In this document: positions 19,174 to 28,187 of the stretch, one piece after another
Position numbering within the stretch: position 1 is the stretch's first letter
Layout of the letters: each line of letters begins with the position of its first letter
Assembly: GCA_965199825.1 (NCBI GenBank)
Contig: OZ241329.1
Location: 512,001-576,000 of the forward strand
Origin: Bdellovibrionales bacterium
GTDB taxonomy: Bacteria > Bdellovibrionota > Bdellovibrionia > Bdellovibrionales > UBA1609
Direction of reading: 5' to 3'
DNA: 64,000 nucleotides
Position numbers and translations under genes: made by a program
Notes under the pieces: model-generated
The model's input: only the letters and a program-made list of their open reading frames with translations
Databases searched by the model: none
Told to the model about the DNA's origin: nothing

Positions 19174-20541
19174 TTATCCGCCTGCACCTTGTCCGCCGCC
19201 TTGAATTCCAGCAAGCGCTCCGCCTTGGCCTTTTAGGCGCGAAACTGTCTCTTCTAATTTGGCAAATTTATTTCTGAGGGCTTCTTCTTTTTTGCCCAGC
19301 TGACGTTCTTTATCCGAAATGCGCTGATCAATTTGTCCAATTCGATCTTGAAGCGCTTTTTTGCGATTGGTCAGCGGCCCAAAGCCTTGAGCCAAGATCG
19401 CATTCATCTCGCGCTTGATAGCGGGTACAAAACCAGTATTAAATCCGTCGCCAGCAAAAAATTGCTGGACTGCCACAGGATCTTTAGCCAAAACGCTATC
19501 AAACTTTTCTTGTTTAAAATCCAAAACACCACTGCGACTAAATTCTAGTCCCATTTGGTTTAATCGTTTGATCGGACCTTGAACACCCACCTGAGGTTCT
19601 TGGACAAGTCGGCGAATCCTATTTTCGATCGAACTTAAAATACTATCGCCGCCCAAAGTCTGTGAGGTGTCGGTTTTTTCGCTCAATCTGTTTTGTGACT
19701 GAATAAAGGTTAAAACCGCATTGACCGAGTCAACAAAGCCTTTGATCTTTCCACCAACCGCTTGAACATCTTCTTTCACATTGATGTTGATCGCATGGCC
19801 CGGCGATGCTTGTTTGAGATCAAGAGTCACTCCGGGAATTAAATCCGAAACGACATTCTCGCCCACTTCAAATTCAAATCCATCCATTTTCAAAACGCCG
19901 TTTTTAGCCGGATTTTGTTTATCAAAAAATATGTCTTGATCCCCATCGAGAAAATAGAGTGTGGGGTACTCAATTTTTTTATCAGTTCCTAAAGCCTCGC
20001 CCGATAAAAGCAAACGATAAGGATTATCTGGATCGCTGCGATCATTGATGATTGAGGCTTTGACTCCAACACGAGCCGAATTGATCGCATTCACCGCACC
20101 TTGGAGCGTGTCGGTTTTTGAATTGATATAGACATCTTTTTCGCCATCGGGAGTTTTAAATCGAAAATATCCCACACCAATTTCGGTTTTGTCTTTATCA
20201 GGAAAACCATTGGTGATGGCTGCGGCTTTTTCGGCGAGTTGTTTGACTTCGAGATTCCAAGATCCGGTGACACCCACCGAAGGATCCACTGTTCCATTAA
20301 TAATCGTGTTATCGCCAGAGGTGAGTTTCATATCCTGAAACCCCTTCATCGACGCAAGGGTACCTAAGCTCGAAGAAATCGAGCTGAGCTTGGTTTCAAG
20401 ATCAGTCACAAGCTTGAGCTTGTTTTCTTGTTTCCCTTTTTGTTGTTGCATCGCTTTAATGGGCATTTTTTCTGCATCCATTAATTGCTCTACAATGTTG
20501 GGTGGAAGGCCTGAGCCCAATCCACCAATTGCGATCCCCAA
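19174..20541 (-). CDS. fliD: Flagellar filament cap
   Basis: GLGSGL...VEQLM.AE N-terminus, V.QLA, C-terminal coiled coil, context. Confidence 0.92.
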   Translation of the reverse strand: MGIAIGGLGSGLPPNIVEQLMDAEKMPIKAMQQQKGKQENKLKLVTDLETKLSSISSSLGTLASMKGFQDMKLTSGDNTIINGTVDPSVGVTGSWNLEVKQLAEKAAAITNGFPDKDKTEIGVGYFRFKTPDGEKDVYINSKTDTLQGAVNAINSARVGVKASIINDRSDPDNPYRLLLSGEALGTDKKIEYPTLYFLDGDQDIFFDKQNPAKNGVLKMDGFEFEVGENVVSDLIPGVTLDLKQASPGHAININVKEDVQAVGGKIKGFVDSVNAVLTFIQSQNRLSEKTDTSQTLGGDSILSSIENRIRRLVQEPQVGVQGPIKRLNQMGLEFSRSGVLDFKQEKFDSVLAKDPVAVQQFFAGDGFNTGFVPAIKREMNAILAQGFGPLTNRKKALQDRIGQIDQRISDKERQLGKKEEALRNKFAKLEETVSRLKGQGGALAGIQGGGQGAGG

Positions 20542-20630
20542 TTGTGTTACCCCTCTTTAAATATTTTGGCTTGAGAAGGTCACAATGTGTGAGTCAATTG
20601 GTTGGCTGAACTTTTGGTTGGCTTTAAATC

Positions 20631-21011
20631 TTAGGCGGCCTTGTCAAAAAGTTGCCCTGTCGTTCGTCCACTAGAAAAGTAAAACGACCAAAGGTCTGAT
20701 TGAGAGAGCCGGCGCACCACTTGGCCCGAAGCATCTTCTATATGAATCCATTTTTCGTTATGGAGTTCGACCACTTTTACGGTGAGGTTGCTGGCTTTAA
20801 TACCAGGAAGTTCTTTTATCTTGGCTAGGATTTCGTTGAATTCATCATCGGTCAAAGGGCGTTTTGGTTTTTGATCGTCACGAGATTGGCGTCCATCTGC
20901 ATCGCGATCCGCAGAACTTTGGGCCGAAGACCTGCGAACATCAGCCGCCGCATCTGCGCGGGTAGTGATGTCCACCGGTGTAATACTTGAAGAAAGACTC
21001 TTAAGATTCAT
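20631..21011 (-). CDS. flaG: FlaG-like protein
   Basis: Between fliC and fliD, I.D.SG.VVRR motif. Confidence 0.6.
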   Translation of the reverse strand: MNLKSLSSSITPVDITTRADAAADVRRSSAQSSADRDADGRQSRDDQKPKRPLTDDEFNEILAKIKELPGIKASNLTVKVVELHNEKWIHIEDASGQVVRRLSQSDLWSFYFSSGRTTGQLFDKAA

Positions 21012-21012
21012 A

Positions 21013-21041
21013 CAGACTCCTTATCGGAAATAAGGAGTCTG
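21013..21041 (-). promoter_or_regulatory. 12-bp perfect inverted repeat after fliC that covers the flaG SD and a sigma28 -10-like TCCGATAA
   Basis: cagactccttat-cggaa-ataaggagtctg. Confidence 0.7.
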
Positions 21042-21051
21042 CGCTTGAGTG

Positions 21052-21885
21052 TTAAGCTAAAAGTTTCATTGCCATTGAGGGCGCTGCATTGGCCTGAGCT
21101 AAAGTCGAAACGCTGGCATTCATAAGAATGTTGTTGCGTGATAACTCAGCTGTGGTTGCTGCAACATCTGTGTCACGAATTCGTGAATTCGCAGCAGAGA
21201 AGTTCTCAATAGATGTACTTAAATGCTCGTTTGTTGATTGCAATCGGTTTTGCAAAGCTCCAAGATTCGCGCGGTAACCGTTCACTTGACCTTGAGATTT
21301 TTCAAGAGTTTCAAGAGCCGAACGTGCGCCTTCTTTAGTTGAGTAATCAAAACCATCGATGTTCAAAGATTCTGTAGTCGCAATCTGATCACCTGATTTA
21401 AAAGCGATACGATCTTTATCGGGATCGTTATTGATATCCACTTGGAATTCAAATTTTCCGCCAGTACCGTCTAGCAAATTTGCATTTCCATAACGAGTGC
21501 TCTTAGCAATACGTTGAACTTCGTCTTTTAATTGACCAACTTCTTTTTGGATAAAACCACGTTCTTGATCACCAACAGTATCAGATGCAGCTTGAACACC
21601 AAGTTCTCGCATACGAGTTAATATGTTGCTGATTTCTCCAAGACCACCTTCAGCAACCTGAACCATGGACACACCATCGTTCGCGTTACGTTGTGCTTGT
21701 TGATATCCACGGATGGTGGATTTTAATCCTTCACTGATCGACAATCCAGCTGCATCATCTGCTGCTTTTGTGATCCGGCTACCTGAAGCCAATTGTGCAA
21801 AGCTGGTTTGCAAATTTCTTTGCGAAACACCTAAAGATTGTTGAGCTGCGATCGAGGCTACGTTCGTTGCTATTCTGAGTCCCAT
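21052..21885 (-). CDS. fliC: Flagellin 1
   Basis: MGLRIATN, SGSRIT.AADDAAGL, RANLGALQNRL, SRIRDTD. Start at 21885 with SD AAGGA. Confidence 0.97.
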   Translation of the reverse strand: MGLRIATNVASIAAQQSLGVSQRNLQTSFAQLASGSRITKAADDAAGLSISEGLKSTIRGYQQAQRNANDGVSMVQVAEGGLGEISNILTRMRELGVQAASDTVGDQERGFIQKEVGQLKDEVQRIAKSTRYGNANLLDGTGGKFEFQVDINNDPDKDRIAFKSGDQIATTESLNIDGFDYSTKEGARSALETLEKSQGQVNGYRANLGALQNRLQSTNEHLSTSIENFSAANSRIRDTDVAATTAELSRNNILMNASVSTLAQANAAPSMAMKLLA

Positions 21886-22082
21886 GTTACGTTCCTTTAA
21901 GTTTGAGGGCGTAATACGCCCCCATAAAAAATTGCGATTCCCTTCGCTGATTAAACACATTGGAGCGGGTATCTGGGACGCATGCGATAAGGTGGTAACG
22001 ATCCAATTTCACGGCAGTCACACCGCGCAAAAGTCTCTCCCCTATCGAACTGTCTTTAAGACCAGCTCAACTTCTGACTAGC

Positions 22083-22109
22083 TTTTCGGCGGGGTCTGTA
22101 AAGGCTAAA
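22083..22109 (-). promoter_or_regulatory. Sigma28 (FliA) promoter TTTA-N15-GCCGAAAA
   Basis: Matches the TAAA-N15-GCCGATAA consensus, about 200 nt upstream of flagellin 1. Confidence 0.65.
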
Positions 22110-22278
22110 GTCTCGTCGAGCAAATCTAGACCATGGTCTGTAAACAACTGGACTTTAGTGTGGATATTTGGACCAAAAGCGAGTCAAGTCGGGCTAGACT
22201 GCTGGAAATTGGTCGGGTGTGGCTGATGATTTGGGGTGGAGGGGTTTGGCACTGCGGTACTGATTTACTTTGATCGCT

Positions 22279-22547
22279 AGGCACAATGGAGTCTTGTCGC
22301 GTCTGGGCACGATCATTTCTATCGGCATGGTGATGGGCAGGATGGTGTCTCACCTTGTTTGGGCACGATTTATCTTGTCGCTGAAGTGATGGGCACGATC
22401 ACTCCATTCTTTCGGCATGGTGATGGGCACAATTCATTCTGTTAGCTAAGTCATGGGCACGATAATGGCCTGCCTCGTCCGGGACGATGATGTCTCGCCT
22501 CTTTTGGGCACGATCACTCCATCCTCTCGGCAAAGTGGTGGGCACGA
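22279..22547 (-). repeat. Downstream degenerate tandem array of HNH copy 2 (about 10 motif units, period 25-34 bp)
   Basis: GGGCACGA or variants at 22279, 22305, 22335, 22361, 22391, 22425, 22455, ~22480, 22506, 22540. Confidence 0.9.
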
Positions 22548-23332
22548 TGATGTCCCGAACAAAAAAGAGTTAAGTTTTCTTCAGCATCCGATCCACCCTT
22601 CGATCTTGGTACTATATGATGAATATCTAAATGCCGCCGCTGGGTGCAGCGTATTCCATTTTCATTTACATAAGTGCATTGGCTGTGATGTTTGTGATGA
22701 ATCTTTCGCTTTACCGCCATTTTAGAAGCCGCTTTCTCTGGGCACGATTTCTGAAGCGGATCATTTTTCAACAACCACAAATCTACAGCCTCAGTCAGCA
22801 CATCTTCAATCGATGCCGCTCGTTTTAATTTCTGACTCATTAAATCTTGAGCACGTTGAAACGCTTTATGTTTTTCTTCGGTAAGCGAAAAAGTAATCTG
22901 CACGCGCTCGGTCGTGCCTACACTGCAGTACCTTGATTTTTCTTTCAGTGCTTTTTCGGAATGTGCCTTAGCAATTTCTTTTTCAAGTTGGCGTTTTGTG
23001 CCTTTTGCGATGTCGATCCATGAGGTCGCATTTTCCTCAGTGATCACCGAAACCAATCGGTTAGCTTTGGAAGCCGAGAGCTCACCAAGTTCCATTTCTT
23101 TTTTGAGTTGTGGCACTTCGGTAAATTTCTTGGCGATCTTATTGTAAATGCTCGCGAGCTCTTCGGACAATTTCAGTTGTGTCGTTGAATATTCAAATAA
23201 TGAACGACAGCCAAATTGATAATAACTTTTGTTGATCCAAACTTGCTCTAAGGCTTTTAGCAATTCGATTTCGGCTTTGCGATGAGAATCTGCGGCGCGG
23301 ACCGCATTCTTGTGAAGAGTGAGATGATCCAT
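22514..23332 (-). CDS. HNH endonuclease, copy 2
   Basis: Full-length paralog of 867..1679, LDIHH.VP...GG...ENL..FC.GHH. Confidence 0.9.
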   Translation of the reverse strand: MDHLTLHKNAVRAADSHRKAEIELLKALEQVWINKSYYQFGCRSLFEYSTTQLKLSEELASIYNKIAKKFTEVPQLKKEMELGELSASKANRLVSVITEENATSWIDIAKGTKRQLEKEIAKAHSEKALKEKSRYCSVGTTERVQITFSLTEEKHKAFQRAQDLMSQKLKRAASIEDVLTEAVDLWLLKNDPLQKSCPEKAASKMAVKRKIHHKHHSQCTYVNENGIRCTQRRHLDIHHIVPRSKGGSDAEENLTLFCSGHHRAHHFAERME

Positions 23333-23338
23333 AAATTA

Positions 23339-23364
23339 CTCCTGTTTAGAGCAGAAGTGTAACA
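23339..23364 (-). promoter_or_regulatory. Extended -10 (TGtTACACT) with SD-sequestering hairpin cttctg-ctctaaa-caggag
   Basis: Positional homolog of 836-860. Confidence 0.7.
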
Positions 23365-23565
23365 TGGGTTTTTGAAACTGCGATATAAGGTGGGCGCGAT
23401 CGGAATTAACATCTTCGATTTTTGGCATGTCTGTCGGCGCTAGCGACCGTTTGACAACTAAAGATAACAAAAAATGATTAATCTGCGGTTCAAAGCCAAA
23501 CACAGCCAAAAATTACCGCGATAAATTTGCGTCAATATTTAATTTGAGAAAACTAATTTAGCTGT

Positions 23566-23715
23566 GGGCAAGATCGTGAATAAAAAATGTCGTACTCCCA
23601 AAGTCATCATTTCTTTTTACTAAAAACTGCTATGGGCACGATCAGAAACTAAGAATATCGCAAACTAGAAATCCACCAGAAGACGTATACCATAGTTCGC
23701 AAAATCCGGGCACGA
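23566..23715 (-). repeat. Upstream motif array of HNH copy 2
   Basis: GGGCAAGA at 23566, GGGCACGA at 23634 and 23708, plus GGGCGCGA at 23392. Confidence 0.8.
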
Positions 23716-23766
23716 TCGCAATCAAGAACAATACCGCCACTACCATCGCTTATAAACAACAAAAAT

Positions 23767-24444
23767 CTAAAGAAACGTCGCTGTAGTTGGGCATGTCACA
23801 ATCGAAACCATTCCACGAATATGACCAATGTCATCGCGGATATAATTCCAATCCCATTTGACGTCGAGAGCGGCATTGTTGGCGGCGCGGATACGCATGT
23901 AATAAGGCATTGCTTGTTGGCCGGAGAGAATCATCGTTCTGATAAACGATTGAAGTTTAATTCCTTCGGCGGGATCAAATAAATAATCCCATAAGAATTT
24001 TGGCGTGCGTAGGTCGTTTGCGGTTAAGCCAATGGTGTCTAAAGTTTTTTTGTTTGCAAAACAAATTTCGCCATTGGTTTTGCTTGCGAGAAATCCGACA
24101 TGGATCAAATCTAGGAAGGCATGGGTGCAGCCTAAATCCAAAGTTTCGAGCGATGTCTTGTCGCGATCGCGAAGCAAGTAACAAGGCGGAGTATTAAAAT
24201 GCCTGGCAAAAGTGCGAATGGTTGAGGCTTTGATATCGATTTGACCGGCCTCAATTTTTTGTAAATGACGATGGCTTAATCCAACTGCATTTGCTAAATC
24301 CACTTGGCGTTCACGTTTTCTTTGACGAAACTGCTTAATCCAGCTCGCTATGATGCCTGGAAGTAGACGTTCGGAATCGAAGAGTTGATCAAAGTCTTTA
24401 GTTTTCAAGCCATTTTTTTTGCCTCTCAATAAACAAAATGACAA
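23767..24444 (-). CDS. XRE-family HTH regulator with C-terminal PAS domain
   Basis: R...Q.DLA..VGLS.RHLQKIEAG HTH, then G.I.FAN...G...DL and D..G.I.G PAS features. Confidence 0.8.
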   Translation of the reverse strand: MSFCLLRGKKNGLKTKDFDQLFDSERLLPGIIASWIKQFRQRKRERQVDLANAVGLSHRHLQKIEAGQIDIKASTIRTFARHFNTPPCYLLRDRDKTSLETLDLGCTHAFLDLIHVGFLASKTNGEICFANKKTLDTIGLTANDLRTPKFLWDYLFDPAEGIKLQSFIRTMILSGQQAMPYYMRIRAANNAALDVKWDWNYIRDDIGHIRGMVSIVTCPTTATFL

Positions 24445-24486
24445 GAGATCTTCTCAATACTCGAGGAAAACGCCATGTATTGCCGC

Positions 24487-24521
24487 AAAAAAAACCCTGG
24501 GCGCAGTAAAGCCACCCAGGG
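24487..24521 (-). terminator. Rho-independent terminator of flagellin 2
   Basis: ccctggg/cccaggg stem followed by T8 on the minus strand. Confidence 0.8.
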
Positions 24522-24564
24522 CGGGCTTTTGAGATCATGTGGGCCACGATCCCAAACTAAATAA

Positions 24565-25392
24565 TTATTGAAGTAAACGAAGTGCTGCGGCTCCGTTGGA
24601 ATTTGCCTGCGCCAATACACCAATGGAAGCTTGGTGCAAAATATTGGCTGAAGCCGCCTCGGCAGATTCGTACGCAATGTCGGTATCGCTAATCCGTGAT
24701 TTTGCAGCAGAGAGATTTTCGTACTGCACATCAAGGTTACTTGTTGTTGATTGCAGTCGACTTTGTACCGCACCAAAATCAGCGCGCATTTTTCCTAATT
24801 TATCCAACGCATCGTCAACCGAGTCGAGTGTGTCGCGAGCACCTGATTTTGAATCGAGCGAAATCGATGAAATTCCTAAAGCCGAATTGGTTGCGTCTGC
24901 TTTCACGCTGCTCTTGATAATGTTCTCATCACCACCGTAAGGGCCCACGTGATATTCTAAAGCCGATCCTGAGCCATCGAGTAATTTTTGATTTCCAAAT
25001 CGGGTGGATTTAGCGATTCGCTGTGACTCATCGATCAACTGTTTTGCTTCTTGATTTAAAAATCCGCGCTCTTTATCTGAGACCGTATCACTTGCGGATT
25101 GAACACCAAGTTCACGCAGTCGAATAAGAATATTATTAATTTCATTCAAGCCCCCTTCAGAGGTTTGAATCAATGATTGAGCATTGTAGGCGTTATTGCG
25201 TGCTTGCTTTACTCCCACAATTTGTCCGCGCAAATTTTCTGATATCGACAAACCGGCAGCATCATCTGATGCCTTTACGATTCGTGATCCCGAAGCAAGA
25301 GCTTCTTGTGAATGCTCTAAGCGCTCCTGACTTTTGCCAAGTTGTCTCTGCGCACTGATCGATGCCAGATTCGTATTAATTCTTAAGCCCAT
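24565..25392 (-). CDS. fliC: Flagellin 2
   Basis: MGLRINTN, SDDAAGL, RADFGAVQSRL, SRISDTD. Confidence 0.97.
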   Translation of the reverse strand: MGLRINTNLASISAQRQLGKSQERLEHSQEALASGSRIVKASDDAAGLSISENLRGQIVGVKQARNNAYNAQSLIQTSEGGLNEINNILIRLRELGVQSASDTVSDKERGFLNQEAKQLIDESQRIAKSTRFGNQKLLDGSGSALEYHVGPYGGDENIIKSSVKADATNSALGISSISLDSKSGARDTLDSVDDALDKLGKMRADFGAVQSRLQSTTSNLDVQYENLSAAKSRISDTDIAYESAEAASANILHQASIGVLAQANSNGAAALRLLQ

Positions 25393-25533
25393 ATACGTCC
25401 CCCAATATGTTTTGAGCGAGCTCCGTGACCCACAGTTCGCAAAAAACAGTGTTAAAATTTATTGGAGTAGTTAAGTGAGGAGGGGTGACTGTCCCTCCAC
25501 ACTCAATAATTTGCTCCAATGTGTTCGCATTAC

Positions 25534-25560
25534 TTCTCGGCTTAAGTCCAGGTCAGCTTA
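25534..25560 (-). promoter_or_regulatory. Sigma28 promoter TAAG-N15-GCCGAGAA
   Basis: Near-consensus, about 140 nt upstream of flagellin 2. Confidence 0.7.
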
Positions 25561-25774
25561 AGACCTTGGTCTAGTTCGACTATGTCAACAGTGCGTCTAG
25601 TATGCGAATTCCTTAACTAATAAATTTTTATTTATCGACGAACTTTATGACACCTGTCTCGTTCTGAAACAGAGACTGAGAGCGGCACTGCTGTCTGACA
25701 ATTCACAACCGTTTTTTACTGAGACCAAATCTAGGCCCCACCCACGTGGGCACATCCCATGAAGTAGATGAGTC

Positions 25775-26488
25775 ATGAGGAGATTTGATATGCGAGCGAT
25801 GGTAGTATTGGGAAGTTTATTTTTTTTAGCGGCGTGTGGTTCATCGGGTTCATCCAATGGCACCTCTGCTGCTGCAAACAATCAATGCGGTGTTGGAACA
25901 GGCTGGTCGTCTCAATACAATACATGTTTAGTTGTATCGCCCACAAACCCAAGTTGTGGAATCATCAACTCAAGCCCAAACACTTGTGTTCCCGTCACAA
26001 ACGCAGGAACAAATCCTTATGTGTATGGCGGCGGCTCATTGATATGGAGTGGTCGCATGCAGATCACCAACTCACAAAATTTTCAGTTGTTTTTGCAAGA
26101 GTATGGTTTGTTTTGTAATCAAAATTCATCGTGGCTCGGCAATTTTAATATTGGTTATCAAAACTGTAGCGCTTGGGGAAATAACGCAACTTTGATTATT
26201 ACTTTGGCCTCTGCGATTTTGCCTGCTGTTGGCTCAGCCACAGTCAATGTTGCCACAAATAATAATGTCGGAGTTTATGGTGCACAAATTCCAATTTCTA
26301 TTAACGGAAATTTTGCGCCCATCAATAACAACACCGGCATGGAACTCAACCAACTCGGCGGCTTTGGAACTTTTAGTTACAATGCTGTGATTGATTTGAC
26401 CACCCAGGGTGGACCAAACTCATCCACACTCACCGCTTTTTTAAGTTACCGTGGTGGACAAATTGCTCAGGCAAGTTTAAATCATTAA
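25775..26488 (+). CDS. Asn/Gly/Ser-rich hypothetical lipoprotein
   Basis: LAAC lipobox, several cysteines. Confidence 0.7.
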   Translation: MRRFDMRAMVVLGSLFFLAACGSSGSSNGTSAAANNQCGVGTGWSSQYNTCLVVSPTNPSCGIINSSPNTCVPVTNAGTNPYVYGGGSLIWSGRMQITNSQNFQLFLQEYGLFCNQNSSWLGNFNIGYQNCSAWGNNATLIITLASAILPAVGSATVNVATNNNVGVYGAQIPISINGNFAPINNNTGMELNQLGGFGTFSYNAVIDLTTQGGPNSSTLTAFLSYRGGQIAQASLNH

Positions 26489-26491
26489 TCG

Positions 26492-26698
26492 ATGGCTAAA
26501 ATGATTCGCTGTCCAAGATGCAAAAAAGAAACTCTGTATGACGAGAGTAATCCTTCTCGTCCATTTTGTTCAGAGCGATGTCAAACACTGGATCTTGGTG
26601 CATGGGCTGACGAGGCTTTTAAAATTCCTGCGCAAGAAGAGCCGCTTTTGTCGGCCGAACTTGAAGAAGAATCTCCGCCGCGACACAAGCTTCAATAA
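26492..26698 (+). CDS. yacG: DNA gyrase inhibitor YacG
   Basis: CPRC....RPFCSERC...DLGAWA. Confidence 0.93.
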   Translation: MAKMIRCPRCKKETLYDESNPSRPFCSERCQTLDLGAWADEAFKIPAQEEPLLSAELEEESPPRHKLQ

Positions 26699-26783
26699 AA
26701 AATGATTGACCCCTATTTCATTCGACTTTTTAATTTTGAAACAGATTATTTTAACAACGCTGATTTCCAATGGGGGAATAAAT

Positions 26784-27056
26784 ATGAACAAAGCCGAACT
26801 TATCGAAAAAGTGGCATCCGAAACCGGTTTGACTAAAGCACAGATCGAGAGAACTCTTGATGCATGCATGGACACAGTTAAGAAGTCGGTAAAAAAAGGT
26901 GATGAAGTCAAACTCGTCGGCTTTGGGACTTTCACAAAATCAAAACGCAAAGCTCGTACTGGACGTAACCCCCAAACCGGAAAAGCAATTAAAATTCCTG
27001 CGGCTTGGTATCCAAAATTTCGTCCAGGCGCCGAATTCAAATCGATGGTTCGCTAA
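26784..27056 (+). CDS. hup: HU-family DNA-binding protein
   Basis: MNKAELI, GFGTF, RTGRNPQTG, PKFRPG. Confidence 0.95.
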   Translation: MNKAELIEKVASETGLTKAQIERTLDACMDTVKKSVKKGDEVKLVGFGTFTKSKRKARTGRNPQTGKAIKIPAAWYPKFRPGAEFKSMVR

Positions 27057-27112
27057 AGTCCACGACGGCTTTGTCCAATCAAAGGACCAGCTTCTACAAG
27101 TTGGTCCAATCT

Positions 27113-27145
27113 AAAGACCGACTCCAGATGTTGGTCTTTTTTTTT
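27113..27145 (+). terminator. Rho-independent terminator after HU
   Basis: agaccgac/gttggtct stem followed by a T-run. Confidence 0.75.
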
Positions 27146-27183
27146 GTTGCCTCTACAGGGCGCAAAGTGATTTAAAATTTTAA

Positions 27184-28152
27184 ATGAAAAAAATCGCGGT
27201 ACTGACCAGTGGCGGAGATGCTCCAGGAATGAATTCTGCCATACGGGCTGTGGTTCGCACCGCATGCGCTTACGGCATCGAAGTCGAAGGCGTAAAGCAC
27301 GGCTTACATGGATTGTTCACCTCAGATTTTGAGGCGATGGATTTGCGCTCGGTAGCAAATATCATCCAGCGGGGCGGAACAATTTTAAAAACAGGCCGAT
27401 CGCTCGAATTTTTACAGATCAATCATCGTGCGGTGGCAATCCAAAATCTTGTATCGCGCGGATTTGAAGGTGTGGTTGTCATTGGCGGCGATGGCTCCTT
27501 TCGAGCCGCTCACCAAATCGCACTCGAATCTTCGATCAAGGTGATGGGCATCCCGGGCACGATCGACAATGATATCTACGGCACCGATTTAACCATCGGT
27601 TTTGATACTGCGGTCAACACCGCACTCGATGCCATCGATCGCATCAGAGACACGGCCGCAAGCCACGATCGCTTATTTATTGTTGAAGTGATGGGCCGAG
27701 ATTCGGGCTACATCGCAGTGGCTGTGGGACTTGCGGGCGGGGCTGAAGAAATTTTTGTGCCTGAATATCCCACACCTGTCGACTCCGCCATCAAGCACAT
27801 TCAACGTGGACTTGATCGGGGCAAAGCTTCAAGTATTTTAATCACCGCTGAGGGACAAAAACCCGGAAGAGCTTACGATCTTGCCGATGCAATTCGCAAA
27901 AAAGCGGGCTTCGACGCTAAGGTGTGCATCTTGGGCCACGTGCAACGAGGAGGAAAACCCTCGGCACAAGATCGCATTCTTGGATCACGACTTGGCGCTG
28001 CCGCAGTCAAAGCCCTGCGTGATGGAGAGTCTGACCAAATGGTTGGAATCCTGAACGGTGAAATCAAACTGACCTCGCTGACCGAAACTACAACCAAAAA
28101 AAGTGTGCTTCCTGAATCGCTAATTGAACTTGCGCGAATGTTATCGAATTAA
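27184..28152 (+). CDS. pfkA: ATP-dependent 6-phosphofructokinase
   Basis: TSGGDAPGMN, GGDGS, PGTIDND, EVMGR, LGHVQRGG. Confidence 0.97.
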   Translation: MKKIAVLTSGGDAPGMNSAIRAVVRTACAYGIEVEGVKHGLHGLFTSDFEAMDLRSVANIIQRGGTILKTGRSLEFLQINHRAVAIQNLVSRGFEGVVVIGGDGSFRAAHQIALESSIKVMGIPGTIDNDIYGTDLTIGFDTAVNTALDAIDRIRDTAASHDRLFIVEVMGRDSGYIAVAVGLAGGAEEIFVPEYPTPVDSAIKHIQRGLDRGKASSILITAEGQKPGRAYDLADAIRKKAGFDAKVCILGHVQRGGKPSAQDRILGSRLGAAAVKALRDGESDQMVGILNGEIKLTSLTETTTKKSVLPESLIELARMLSN

Positions 28153-28187
28153 TTGGCGGAGATTCGTCTTTTTAAGTAAGACAGCCC

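Noticed and set aside
22126..22353. ORF MRHHPAHHHADR..., and the similar ORFs 22453-22725, 63465-63707 and 53143-53331
   Set aside because: These are by-products of translating the repeat arrays or the antisense strand, with no independent coding evidence
22279..22547. CRISPR array or TIGR-type guide array
   Set aside because: The constant part is only about 8-10 bp, the intervening segments are homologous to each other and to the gene's 3' end, and no cas or Nop-domain gene is recognisable
21954..25525. Hin-like invertible segment bounded by the 13-bp inverted repeat
   Set aside because: No invertase is visible, and inversion would separate both flagellins from their promoters rather than swap them
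26570..27040. 156-aa ORF antisense to HU, and similar antisense or alternate-frame ORFs across the window
   Set aside because: Shadow ORFs of well-supported genes
27554..27561. Isolated GGGCACGA copies in pfkA and near 2588, 16160, 34502 and 55270
   Set aside because: Single occurrences inside ordinary genes, compatible with background frequency
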